A program made the position numbers and the translations under genes. The notes beneath the pieces were generated by a model. The model ran no database searches and was not told the origin of the DNA. It saw nothing but the letters and a program-made list of their open reading frames with translations. A DNA stretch of 64,000 nucleotides. It comes from Adineta vaga. Its lineage: Eukaryota > Animalia > Rotifera. The stretch is taken from positions 5,828,001 through 5,892,000 of the forward strand of contig CP075494.1 in the NCBI GenBank assembly GCA_021613535.1. Reading direction: 5' to 3'. Every line of letters starts with the position of its first letter. Position 1 is the stretch's first letter. Positions 22,531 to 38,337 of the stretch are shown piece by piece.

Positions 22531-24569
22531 AATCAATCTTCTTGATACATAACTAATAAAAAGAATTTGAGTATTAAATAAGTAAAAACTAGTTCTCTTT
22601 TTGCATGATATCGAACTTTTAAAATACTGTCACTTACTTAATCTTTAATGTGAGTTGTCCCATTGATTAAAATATCATAAATAATGAGTTATATATCTAA
22701 TGAAAAAAAGAAAATCTTAATCAATATATGTCGAGTGAATTAGTATTTTTCTTCATATGTTATTAAACTAAAGTCTTTCCATCGAGTAATTTATTTTTAG
22801 TCACGCGAGATTCTAAAATGTTTCCCGCAAAAAAAAATTTATAATATAGGAACAGTTACTCAAAGAAATAGTTTAGCTGCTCGAAGAAAAAAAATTAGTC
22901 ATTCTGCTACTAGTTGGACTGAGAGAAAAAAAGAAGAGAAAAGAAAAAAATCCATTTAAATTACATACTGATAAATGGGTTTCATGTAACAGCAGGTCAT
23001 CATATGAAGATCGATCTAATAAAAAATAGAACGACGCTTGAAGAACAGTGACAAGTAGAAGCAAAGAACATTTCTTCCTTTCTTTATATGACGGGAAAAA
23101 AGAGTATCAAGTCAGATAGTAAATACCTTTTCTTTCAATTCAAGGTAAATCTGTTGAAGAAAGTCAGAGAAAAAAACGCTCATTGTGTCACTCATACCAT
23201 TTCTACCTGTGCAAAAGTAGAATGGTTAACAAATTGTTACAAATAAAGGTTACTATGCAATAGGTTTTACTAAACAAATCATTTGGGAACAAATCATGAC
23301 TGGAAATAATTTATCATTGTAGAAGTATAAGAACAAACTTGCATCAATAGAGAATTAATTTGTTTGACAATCTTACAGATAGATAAAAAAATGCATGAAT
23401 ATTCAGTTATGCTGATCAATATTTACTCTATTATTCTGATCATCATATCACAGATATTTGTCTTTCAAATATATATCTTAGTACATCGATTGTTGAAACA
23501 TTTAAATGACATAATAACTGTTTTATTAGAGTTATCATTCTTAAAACTCGCTTTCTTTATGTACTCGGTATGAACAAAGGAAGTATTATGTTGTATGTTA
23601 GTCGTATATTAACAACAATCGTTTAAAATATCTTAGAATACTATTGTCAAGATTCTTCATAGAAAAAGAAACGAGAGACTTCCTTTTTTTCTAAGATCAA
23701 AAAAGAAATAATATTTGAAAAGTCTCAAATTTTGACTTGCAATGTTTGAATACTTATATTGACAGATTGTTGGTTTTACTGTTAGCCATTTTTCCGAATG
23801 AAAATTTCTCGTCAATACAATCTATCATCAATCAACATAGATTTGGTTGTAAACATTGCATTATTGTCTATCGATCTCTGAAAACGACTTAGTACTTAAG
23901 CCTTCATTAGATTCTTTTTCATTCAACAATCGAAATCTCTATAATTCTTTGTCTTATTGATCAGACACCAATCATGACAATAACAAACAAAGGATAACGA
24001 AGTATATTGGAATTCCAAGCATTGAGTATGGATTTACATTGTTTCATTGAATAACTTACTTCAGTAGGTATTCTATAGGAGAAAAATAGATGTGTAGAAC
24101 AATCTTCCGTTTCTTCATGCTCTTTTTTTATGACCGATAGGACATAAATTTTCTTGCAAGGAAATCATGTCTTGATTTTTTCTTCTCTCATTCATCATCA
24201 AAAGAAATGAAAAAGGAAATGTTCAATAGAATAAATAAAGTACTGCAATAAATTCTATGCTATGCATGAAACAAACTATTCATGGAATTACTCTTTAGAA
24301 TCCCATGTTGAATCTATTGATAATACAACTTAATAAACAATGTTCGTAAGAACCTCTTTTTTTCTAATCATCTACTCAATACATATGAAGTGTAGCAAAT
24401 GTTTTTTTTGTGTGTCAAGTGTATATTATTGTAGGATTATTGAATTGTTCAATACAACAATGAAGAGGAAAGAGTGAAGTGATATGTTTATTCAAAAGAG
24501 ACATATATAAGGACAAATGAAGAGATGCTTTTGTCAAATAGAAAGTATAACAGAAGAAATATGATATAT

Positions 24570-24615
24570 ATCAAGTAAAGACCGTGACGGACATCAAGTA
24601 AAGAGCGTTACAGAC
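24570..24615. repeat. Two imperfect tandem copies of a ~23 bp unit
   Basis: ATCAAGTAAAGACCGTGACGGAC followed by ATCAAGTAAAGAGCGTTACAGAC. Confidence 0.55.
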
Positions 24616-25900
24616 CATGACCATCACGTTTATAAGGTCCTATGAAGGATTCTTTTCTTTTAGTAACTAACATATTGAACCATCACAGTCAATGTCACAA
24701 AAGTTAGTTCTTTATTCAATGAAAAAAGACATGAGGTGATTGGTATGTAAAAAAAATATTCGTTATATTTTATTTTCAATCGTAGAATTTGTAAGTACAG
24801 TTTTTCTTTTTGTCTGTGCATAAATTGATTGACTCGTGTGTGTGCTATCGCGAACTATGCTTATCGATAGTCTGATGAAATATGTAAAAAGAAAAGAAAT
24901 ATTTCGTTCGAATGAATATTAACACGTCGTAGTTCGATTCCGAAATAAAAGCGCAATAACTAGATATCTGCTATTGGCATTGATGATGTATTTATTATTT
25001 AAAAATTAATCAGGTAAGAAAAAAAAATTCGGGAGAAAACATATTCTACTGATTCTGATGAGAACCGAGTAAATGTTCATAGAAGGTTTGAAAAGAAAAA
25101 GATTAATCGAGAATTAATGAAAGGGCTATGTCGATCAGGAGATCTATTGTTAACGTTTGTCAATGTTAAAATATAAATGAGAGAAAGCTGAATTCCTCGT
25201 CATTTTTTTGCCTATACGCTCTTAGTGTCTCTTCTATTGTTCTCTTCATCTCTCAATTCTTTCATTATTCATTTTTTTTCCTGCTCCCTTTTGTGTATGA
25301 ATGTGTTTGACCTAAACGCATTGCATTAGGAGACGAGAAGCAGGAAAAAGAAAGGAGAAGAGCGTTCTGTTTGTAAATGTTTCGATGTCAAAATTAGGAT
25401 TGAAATTTTTTTTATGTGCACATATCGTAGATAAAAATAATAAACACTTTTCGTTCGAAAGTTAATCAGATGTACTTCGTTAATGTATTGATAGTAGTAA
25501 TTGAACTCTTCTTCGTTCTCTCTCTCGATCTTGTCTATTCTAATATTGAATTAATAGTAGGGTAAGTTTATATATATGTATACATCATTTGATTGAAACA
25601 GAATATTTTGTCTTCTTCTTCTTCTTCTCTTCAATAGACATAAGAAGGACTCCCATTTCTCTTCCTGTCTATCGTTCATAATGAATGATTCAATGTCTTT
25701 CGAGGCTTCCGCATTTTAGATTAGTATGCATAGTGTATATACTAAGGACATGCATCTCTGTGTACGTGTGGATGAAAAAAAAGTCCAACTCAAAGAAAGA
25801 GAAAGAATACAGTCGATTTGATACGAATAATGAGAATAAATCTCATATAAAATAAAAACTATTTCTTTAATCGAATTTAATATCTATGTATCATATTTAG

Positions 25901-28092
<2,192 letters not shown>

Positions 28093-28456
28093 CTATTTTG
28101 ATGTTTAGTTCTATTTTAGTCATTTTTCCTTGTATGGTAGTCTCTTTATGTACGAACAAAATCTTTTATATTTGCAAAAGAATAAAAGATAAATTATTCC
28201 CTAATAATTCATCACTTTAAATCTTGTTAAACAGAACAAACTGAACGAAAACTTTTAGTAAATATGGATCAAACTGATTGTACACAACAAGCATTGGAAA
28301 ACATTTTTGTACTTATCACCCGATAAAATATCCATAATTTATTATATTTGATAAAATTTTCACATACACAGATCTAAGAAGTTCATGAAAGATTTTTTCA
28401 AAACAAAGATTTTGTTTTCTTTCTTATGTAAATATCACTGATTGAATAAATAAAGA

Positions 28457-30952
28457 TTAAGAAAGTAATTTAACTATTTGTTCAGGTGTATGTGGCATTA
28501 TTGAATATGGATTTGCATAGGTATTCTTTGGATCCATAATAGCAGAATAAAGACTAGTATAAGCGGCACAGATTAATTCAACAGAACGTTTTTTAATTTT
28601 TTCACTAAAATAAGAGCATTAGATCACATTCAAAAACAAAACATAGACATTACCGATTGACAGCACTGGTTAAATATTTCAATTGTGGCATTATATAAAG
28701 ATCTGGAGATGCCAAATATGAATCAAATTTCACCTAAATTTTACTCATTCAATATCTTTCTCGTTTAGAATCGTTTTCAACATACCATTGCTGCTTTTAG
28801 TGTAATCGTATCCATACCCGGTTTAAGTGCTAGTGGACCATCGATATTATTTGCTTCTTGTTGTTGTTTTTCAACAATACGATAAGCATCTAATAGATCA
28901 GTTCGTAGAAGAATATACGTTGCTTGTTCACCAATTAATGTATCAGCATTAGCATCAATCTTATAATTTAAAATAGAACTAACGGTAAAATTAACAATCT
29001 CTTCATTGTACATACGTGTCCTTCGAGCATTTCAATTTTTTCATCTGTAAATGCAAAAACAGCTAAGGTTGCTCGTATTGCACTATAACAATTCACTAAA
29101 TAGACTGCCATTTCAACAACACCTAATTTTGCAGCTGATAGTGAACACATTTGAAGTAAGGGATCAATAATTGAATAAACAATTTGTTGAAAATCGGTAC
29201 GTTTCGATTCAAATGGAATCATTGATGTTGAATGTGTTTCAAGAATGTCACGTAATAATGCTAATGTACGGCGTAATTCATCGGATAAATTTAAATCATT
29301 TGTAGGAATATCAACTTTTTCGATTAAACGTGTTGCTTTAGCATTCAGACTATAAAGAAAAATTCAATGAATTCTTAATTAAAAGATAAGAAACGAATTG
29401 TACATACGCATTTAAGAACATTTTCGATGATAAATTACTAACTTCATCGAGAACAAGTGATAATTGACAATCTGTCGGTAACAATTGTTTGATTGTTGCT
29501 TCATAAAATTTCAATAAATTTGTTAATTTATAAAGTGTTACTGGTTCATGTTGAGAAACAAGAACTTGTTCGAGACGAACACGTAATGGGCTAAATATCG
29601 GTTCAATTCAATTTAACAAAAAATTTGAAGATTCTGACTTACCGGCATAAACCTTCAGTAATAAATCCCAATAATGTTTGAATAGTCTTTTGTAAATCAT
29701 TCCAATCTTTAAATTTTCTTAACAAAATTTCTGCATATTCTTTTTCTGAAGCTGCCGCTTGATGTGTCCATGCAAGCATATCACCAACATAACGTAATGG
29801 ATCATGCGAAGATAATTCAATAGGTCGTGGCATACCACCCGGACCACCACGAGTTAATGCATCAATAAAACCACGAACAATTGCATTACGACGAGCTGTA
29901 CCATATTCATCAAGAACATATCTAAATACGATGAGAAATTAAAACTATGTTAAGTACTTTTGTTGGCTTCATGAATTACTTGAATAAGACTTGTCGTTCT
30001 TTTAATCCTTCAAGTGCTTCACTAAGTAATGTGGATATTTCTGGTGATTCAGTTGTTAAAAGCCGACATTCATCTTTTGGAGAGAAAAAAAGAAAAGAAA
30101 ATAACGAAGAATGAAAATAATAATAATTGATTTACTTTGTAACCATCGATATAATCGTTCATAAGCTGCTTCTTGATGAAGTGCCATTTGTTCCATGATT
30201 TCCAATCCAATTGTTTGTTGATTTGTTCGTAATAATAATTTACAATCTTGATGAATTGATTTCACTCGTTTAAGTACATTGAAAAATTGCTAAAAAAAAC
30301 AATATTAATCAAATTCAATTAATCAACAAATCATTGTTTTTCGTACCGGATGTAAAAATCCATCTCGTGTTGTTCGTAATGCATTTAATTCATCAGGTTT
30401 TAATTGAAATCGTTCAATAAATCCTTCGGTAATACGAGATTTAATATTTAATTCTTGACTAAATAGAAAAAAAGAATTACAATGAAAAAAGAAAATCTTT
30501 ACACTACTTTTCATTTTGAATTTGTGTTGTTTTATTGATTAATTCTTGTGTTTGTGTTTTAACATTCTAAAAATTCATAAGAAATCTGTCATTGCAATTT
30601 GAAATTCTATTAAATCTACTTTTAATCGTTGTGTCATATCTTGACAAGATGTTGACATTGATGTTACTGTTTCATTAACTTGATCAAGTTGTTGTTTAAC
30701 TACTCGAAAACATTCTTCAAATTGATCATTTAATGTTAAACTCCGTTTTTCAATTGTACTTCTCAAAGATCGTCTTGTTCGAACACTATTTTCATTAAAA
30801 AAACTCGATAAATATTTCAATGAATCAATTAAATCTTTATCTGATTCTAATTTTAAATCAAGAATCTTCTGCAATCTTCGTTGAACATGTGCAGTCTGTT
30901 GTTGAGATGCAGATGGAGATGCATTCGTAGGTAAATTTAATTCTGTACTCAT
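28457..30952 (-). CDS. COG6: Conserved oligomeric Golgi complex subunit 6, multi-exon
   Basis: [70 protein letters not shown]. Confidence 0.93.
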
Positions 30953-31105
30953 ACTAAAAAAAGAAACAATCATATTAATCGAAAGAATTCTTTTCTTAGA
31001 TTTCAAGAACAAAAAAAAAGGAGAAGAATCGATTTAAACTTTTTTTATATAGTTTTATAATACAACAACAACGACAACAACAACAACAAAAAAAAAGGAA
31101 TTATA

Positions 31106-31537
31106 TCAAGATGAAGCACTTAGATAAGTTGGTGTTGGTCGTGGTTTAATAATTAATCGTCCATCTGAATCACATGACATATTATAATCAGCAAGTATAT
31201 GACGAAATCGTGCAATTATAATTGATGATGAAAACATTTTACGATGAATACCAAATAGAAATGCAAAGATAAGGAAGGCAAATGATATTGAAAAATAGAT
31301 TTTTTTACAAAACAGATGTGAAGATAATGTCGATAGAAAAGAATTATCACTAGATTCATTGACTGATGATGATGATTTGTTGGATGTATCATCGTTAATT
31401 AATGCATAAAATGTGACAAGTGTTACAACGACAAGAATAAATAAAATAACACGCCAACGCCATATAGATGGTTGTAGTGATGAAACAATTTCGATCATAC
31501 GTCGTTCAAATGCTTTTAAATCATCCGCTTGATCCAT
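31106..31537 (-). CDS. CNEP1R1: CTD nuclear envelope phosphatase 1 regulatory subunit (TMEM188)
   Basis: DQADDLKAFERR..LQPSIWRWR, two TM segments, GIHRK, LADYNMSCDSDGRLIIKPRP. Confidence 0.92.
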   Translation of the reverse strand: MDQADDLKAFERRMIEIVSSLQPSIWRWRVILFILVVVTLVTFYALINDDTSNKSSSSVNESSDNSFLSTLSSHLFCKKIYFSISFAFLIFAFLFGIHRKMFSSSIIIARFRHILADYNMSCDSDGRLIIKPRPTPTYLSASS

Positions 31538-31953
31538 TGATGTATAGTTTGTTTGTTTTTTTATGTTAAAAATAAAGAAAGACTAAAATAAACCCAAACA
31601 ATATTGCGGTCGTAATCTAGATTAAAAAAAAAAGAAAGAAAACATGTCTTAGATTGAAGATGTTGTTGAAATAAAATCAAACAGATTTATTTTAAATGAA
31701 TAATCTACAAAAAGTCAGAATGTTTTCAAGCTAAATCATCTATTCTACTCAGTCAATAATAATAAAAACATTAATCGTTCTTTTACTTGGCTTTTTTTTG
31801 TCGATTCTTTTAACCTTTAATATATGAAAAGAAAAAGAAAATGAGAGTTTAACTTCGCAACAGGCTATGGATAAATATACAAGATAAACCAAAAGAAAAA
31901 AGAAAGTCTTTTTGTTGTTTTATAAAAAAGAAGAAGAAGAAGAAAATGATCAT

Positions 31954-32424
31954 TTATTTCTTTTTTGGTCCACTGCTCAATGGTTCTCCAATATCTTTTC
32001 CACGTAATTTTACACCTAAAGCACGTTCCATTTTACTTAAAACTTGTTGATTGGGAATAGCTTTCGATTGTTCATATTCATTAACAACTTGTTGTTTTTC
32101 ATTAATATTTCTGGCTAAATCAGCTTGTGTCCATTCTTTAGCAATACGTGCTTGTTGCATAACTCGTGCAACATCTTTATTAACTCGATCATGATGTAAT
32201 TCTTCTGTTTCACGATCAAGTGCGGCCGTATTTTTTGCAGATTCATGTTGTTTATTATTTCCAGCTGCATATTTTTTCGAAGTATCAATGGCAACACCAG
32301 CACGTTGAGCAGCAGCAATAGCTGCTTCTGTTTTTAATTCACCAGCTCGTGGTGCACGTTTACCAATAACCGTATGTTCATCCCAACTAACGGTGCCACC
32401 AAAGTTTGCACTATTCTTACTCAT
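31954..32424 (-). CDS. EDF1: Endothelial differentiation-related factor 1 / MBF1
   Basis: [58 protein letters not shown]. Confidence 0.95.
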   Translation of the reverse strand: MSKNSANFGGTVSWDEHTVIGKRAPRAGELKTEAAIAAAQRAGVAIDTSKKYAAGNNKQHESAKNTAALDRETEELHHDRVNKDVARVMQQARIAKEWTQADLARNINEKQQVVNEYEQSKAIPNQQVLSKMERALGVKLRGKDIGEPLSSGPKKK

Positions 32425-32898
32425 TTGTGTTAATATAACGACAATGATCCTATCTAGAAAGAGAAGAGAGAGATAGAGAGACAATTGTTTTACGTATTGT
32501 CATGCTAGTGACCCTGACGAATACATTGAGGGCTTGATTTGAGAATGAGAATGAGAAAGTAAAATCGAAAGATATTGGACGAATATTTGGCGATTATTTT
32601 CAGATAAAATGAAAGAGAAAAAAATGATAAAAAATGGAAAATCTAGAAAGAAAATATTGAAAAAATGAATTTATTAACAAACGATTTCCTTCGTATAGAT
32701 GTCGTGGGTATACAAATGCGCATTTTTACTGCTTATTGAATGGTTGATTTCAGTGCAAAATGTTATTGCAGTTTGTAATTCAATGGAGAGATATAATATA
32801 GTAAAATAAATGTGGTGATATTACCCGAATTCTTCTGATCAGTAGTGGAGAAGAATTTCATCGTCAAATTATTTTATTTTATTAAATTTTAGATAAAC

Positions 32899-35800
32899 AT
32901 GGGCAAAAAAGCAAAAACCGGAAAACTTCGTCGAGATAAGTTTTATCATTTAGCTAAAGAATCAGGTATATTCATTTTTCATATTCATTCTTGAATTATT
33001 CTAAATATCACATTAGGTTTTCGATCTCGTGCCGCATTTAAATTATTACAATTAAATCGTGAACATCGTTTTCTTGAAAATGCTCGTGTTCTTATTGATC
33101 TCTGTGCAGCACCTGGTGGTTGGTTACAAGTAGCAGAAAAACACATGCCTGTATCCAGTTTAATTATTGGTAAAATTCTCTATTGAAAACATCTATATGA
33201 TTCTTTTCTTGCTTGTTTTAGGTATTGATTTAGCACCAATTAAACCTATTCCACATACGATTACTTATCAAGAAGATATTACATCAGAAAAATGTCGACA
33301 AGTATGAATAAACGTGAAGAAATCGTTTTTTTTATCGATGATTTTCGTTTGTATTGTCTCTAGCTTTTGAAAAAAGATCTATCTACATTTAAAGCAGACG
33401 TTATTCTTCATGATGGTGCTCCTAATGTCGGTAAAAGTTGGATACATGATGCATATCAACAAAGTATACAATTATAATCTTTATTTTCGATTTCATACTG
33501 AATTCTTTGATTTCTAGATGTATTAACACTGAGTGCATTGAAATTAGCAACAGAATTTTTACGTAAAGGTGGCACATTTGTGACTAAATTGTTTCGTTCG
33601 AAAGATTATTATTCATTATTATGGGTTTTTCAACAAATGTTCAAACGTGTTGATTCAACTAAACCTCAAGTATATTTAATTATACATTTGAAATAAATGA
33701 TTGATTTCTTTTTCTTTGTTTAGGCTTCACGTAATGAATCTGCTGAAATTTTCGTTATCTGTAGTGGTTATCTTGCACCAGATAAAATCGATCCAAAATT
33801 TCTCGATTATAAACATGTTTTTACTGACGTAGATAATGATATTACCGAAGCACAAAATAAAGCAAAATTAAGATTGAAACATCCAGAAAAATTCATTCGG
33901 TTTGTTCAAAGAAAATTCGATTGATTCGATCATTTGTTTTTTTTTGTTTTACAGAAGTCGAGAAGGTTATCCAGAAGGAGATTATACCTTATATCATAAA
34001 CTGGAGGCAACAAAATTCATTCAAAGTGAAACCTTTTTAGATTTATTAGCCACAGCTAATGAAGTAAGATAAAACGAATGTAACGTATGAATAAAATCAT
34101 TGATTGATGTTTTGTATAGATTGTGATTGACGATGATCGATTACTTCAACATCCGAAAACAACAGAAGAAATCAAAGAATGTATTAAAGATATTAAAGTT
34201 CTAGGTCGACGAGAAATCACGTTAGTTAAATGTGTGAAATAATTGTTTGATACAAGGAACATTTCGTTTAGATTGATTCTTGCTTGGCGACGACATATGC
34301 ATGCATCATTTTACAAAAAAGCTCTTCCTCAAGTTGAAGTTCCAACAACGGAAAAGAAACCTGTCAAAGAAGGAGAAGAAATCGAAAATGATGAAAAAGA
34401 TGAAGAAGATGATGATATTGAAGAACAATTATTAAAACTTAATGAACAACAACGAAAAGAAGCGAAAAGGTTTGTATTTATAGGAAAGTTGTTTGCATTT
34501 ATTAAAAGAAATCTTTTTTTGTTAATAGAAAACGTAAACATGTTATGAAAGAAAAACGTAAATTACGAGATCGTCTTGCTTTAAAAATGATTTTGCCCGG
34601 TGATATTCATGATCATGAAACAACAGAAGGTGGAAAGAATGATCAAGGATTATTCGATTTGGAAAAAATTAAAACGAAAAAAGTTTGTTACAGTTTTTCA
34701 TTTTTACTCAACAATAATCATGATTTATTTTAGCAATTATTGGAAATTTCATCAGCTATACCCGATATGAATTTTGGTGCGGATCAAGAAGTTCATGATG
34801 ATGATGATGTTTATATGGGTCAAGGAAAAAATCGTATACCTCGTGTATCTTACGATAAAGATAAAAGCAATGGCGATTTATCATCGATTGATATCTATAA
34901 ACAATATCTCGGTGATGACGATGAAGATGATGAGGATGATGAAGCCATTCCATACAATTCAGAACGACGTCAAACAAAACTTGATAGGTATGTTTTCGTT
35001 TGTAAAAAGTCAGATGAAGAGAAAAGTTGATTTATATTTTCTTTTAGTGATGTTGACGATGAGGATTCTGAAAATGATGAAAATGATAATAATGAATGGG
35101 AAGATGAAGAAGAAAATCCACTTGATATGGATATTCTTGATGCATCAACAAAATCAGCCAAAGCGAAAACAGTTGCTGATGTTTGGTTTGAACAAGATAT
35201 ATTTAAACAAACTTTAAATGAAGATAATGATGATGAAGAATTTGAATTGGAAAGAAAACTAAATGCACTTAAATCAGATGGAGTATCCATTCTAGGTAAA
35301 AGCAATCGATGACTACATCGCCGTTTTAGTAGAAAGAAAGAGAGAGAGAGAGATGAAACAACATTCTTAACTTTTTTTTCTTTCTTTATAGCTAAATCAT
35401 CCAAAAGTATTCTCAAAAATACAAAAGGTAAGATCGATTATTTCATTAAATAGTTCAATAAACTTGAAGATATTTTTTAGCTGATGATTCCAGTGATTCA
35501 GAAGAAGACAGCAAACCGAAGAAGAACAAACGTGCATTGAATAACGATGAATTTGAAGAAGTGCCTATTGATCATCGTATGTTTAAATGTTCATGTTCCT
35601 AAGAATCTTTTTATTTATTATCTCTTCTATCTAGCAATGAAACGTATTCATCTTGATCCTAATGGATTAGCTCTTGGTCATGTTATGGCTCAATCAAAAA
35701 GGAATCGTGAACAAGTAGTTGATCATTCCTATAATCGGTAATAAATTTTCTAAAATAAGCACGAATTTTATTGAAAGACTTTATTACTTTTAGTTACATG

Positions 35801-36457
35801 GGTTATGGTGATGTTGAAGGTTTACCGAAATGGTTTGTTGAAGAAGAAAAACAACATTGTCGAGCAAGTTTACCGTTAACAAAAGAGCTTGTTGAAAGAT
35901 ATAAAGCTAAAATGAGAGAAATTGATGAACGACCATCGAAAAAAGTTTCCGAAGCAAAAGCTCGCAAGAAACGACGTGTATGTTGATCTATCGATTTCAT
36001 TTGTTTTGTTTAACAACAAAATATTCTTCTTCTAGGAAATACGTAAATTAGAAAAAGTCAAGAAGAAAGCTGAACCATTACTCGAAAATGCTGATTTAGA
36101 TAATACAGAACGAAATAAACAAATCAAAGAGTAAGTTTATCATCCATTGAAATTCGATATAAGTATTGTCTTTTTTTAAATTTTAGTCTCTATCGAAAAT
36201 ATGGTGTTATTGGACAAAAGAAAGTCGATGTGAAATATGTTGTAGCGAAAAAATCTCAACGTGGTGCCAATCGACCATCAGGTGCTAAAGGACCTTATAA
36301 AGTTGTTGACAAACGTTTGAAGAAAGATAAACGTGCTGCTAAAAAACAAGCGAAATTTAATAAAAAGAAACAATCAGGTGGTAAAGGAACGAAACAACAG
36401 CAGAAAGCTGGAAAGAAACAACAACAGAAAGCAGGAAAAAGTAAAAAACGAACATAG
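32899..36457 (+). CDS. FTSJ3: pre-rRNA 2'-O-ribose methyltransferase FTSJ3/SPB1, multi-exon
   Basis: [83 protein letters not shown]. Confidence 0.95.
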
Positions 36458-36956
36458 ATATGTGTTCGTTGAATGTTGTTTTTCGATTGTTTGTTAAAAG
36501 AAATAAAAAAATAAAAATAAAATCATTGTGATTTTACAAATAATTTCTCATCTTCGTACTGTCTATTTGAATTGAAAAACAAGAATCCCACCAACTTAAA
36601 ATTACTGATCAAAACATGTTCTTATTACTATTGATAAAGAAAATTTGAATTAGTTCTACTTACTGATTCCTCTAAAGTACAACTGACACATATGTACACA
36701 TATTTGATATAACAGCAAGCATGATATTTGCTATTTTATTGATCTTCTCTTTCATTACCTGACTTACGAAAACAATTTTATGTTTTCCTACTGTTTCCTT
36801 AGTCAAATAAGAATTTCTTATTAGCAAAAAGTACGTTTAAAAAGAAGGACAAAATGAAAACCTGGAAATGTTGTTGTTTTTTACTCTTTCGTACTGAAGT
36901 TTTACTTTTGAATTATATAAAGAAAAGAATTCCATTATTTCGGTCAAAAACTCAGA

Positions 36957-38337
36957 ATGGTCAAATATCGTTCTTATATATTTTCATTACTTCTTTTTCT
37001 TCTACAAATTCTCTTTACATTTCTCCTTGGTTTTCATAGTAAATACCAATATTATCCCGTTTCAAATGTAACTAATTATGAAGAACTACCACGAGGTCTG
37101 GTGGAATTCTACTATCCCATGTTCACAGATATTCATGTGATGATGTTTGTTGGTTTTGGTTTTCTAATGACATTCTTACGACGATATTCATATTCAGCCG
37201 TTGGATTCAATTTTATTTTATGTGCTTTTACACTTGAATGGGCTTTAATTGTACGTGGATATTTATTTGATTGGGATGCATCCAATGAGAAATTTATCAT
37301 CGATATTCAAAGTTTAGCAACCGCTGATTTTGTTTCCGCGATTATATTGATTTCAATGGGTGCAATTTTAGGAAAAGTTAATGCACTTCAATTGATCTTA
37401 ATGGCCTTTATTGAAGTTCCTATACAAGTTGTTAATGAATGGATTGGATTACATTTCTTCTGTGCGATTGATGCCGGTGAATCAATGTATGTTCATACAT
37501 TTGGTAAGAGTATGAATGAATTGATTCTATGTGAAATATCTGGGATTTTTTCTTTGTTTAGGAGCCTATTTTGGCTTAACAGTTGCATTTGTTTTATTTC
37601 GTTCGAATATACATGAGTCTTCGGAAGAAAAATCACGTTATTCATCCGATATATTTTCGATGATTGGTACTGTTTTTCTTTTCTGCTTTTGGCCATCATT
37701 CAATGCGGGCACAACTAGTGGTGCTGATCGTCTTCATGCAGTTACAAATACATATGTATCAATATGTGCATCAGTCATCGGGGCATTTCTTATGTCAACA
37801 ATTGTTCGTCGAGGAAAACTTGATATGGTACATATTCAAAATTCAACACTAGCTGGTGGAGTAGCAGTCGGAACTGTAGCAACATCAAATATCGGTCTTC
37901 ATGGTGCTATGGTTATTGGTTCATTAGCTGGTATGATTTCGGTGTTAGGTTTTCATGTTCTTTTACCGATATTAAAACGTATACGTATTCATGATACATG
38001 TGGAGTTAATAATTTACATGGTATCCCAGGTATAATGGCGGGTATTACGGGTATTATTGTTGCATCGATTGGAGATCGATCGGGTTATTCACATCACCTT
38101 ACAGATTCATGTCTTAGTGGTGGTAAAGATCGAAGTAGTAGTACACAATCAGCTTATCAAGCTGCTGCATTAGGAATGACTATAGGCATGAGTATTTTCG
38201 GTGGATTGGTTACAGGTTTACTATTACGGCTACCAGTCTTTGCTCAAAAATCCGATGATTTTGACGATGAACCAAATTGGCATTTACCGGATGACGATTA
38301 TTTTGGACCTATTGATCGTATCAAAACACACCTTTAA
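36957..38337 (+). CDS. Rh-type ammonium transporter, 2 exons (intron 37504-37561)
   Basis: YPMFTDIHVMMFVGFGFLMTFL, HTFGAYFGL, FWPSFN, HIQNSTLAGGVAVG, HDTCGVNNLHGIPG. Confidence 0.93.

Noticed and set aside
22600-25900. Short ORFs and a long gene-free stretch upstream of coronin
   Set aside because: The ORFs are AT-rich noise. Donor-like sites near 25013 and 25562 fit coronin 5' UTR exons. No transposase or RNA gene recognised.
34329-35416. Antisense and alternative-frame ORFs over FTSJ3 (and similar ones over other genes)
   Set aside because: Shadows of GAT/GAA-rich coding sequence with no independent evidence.
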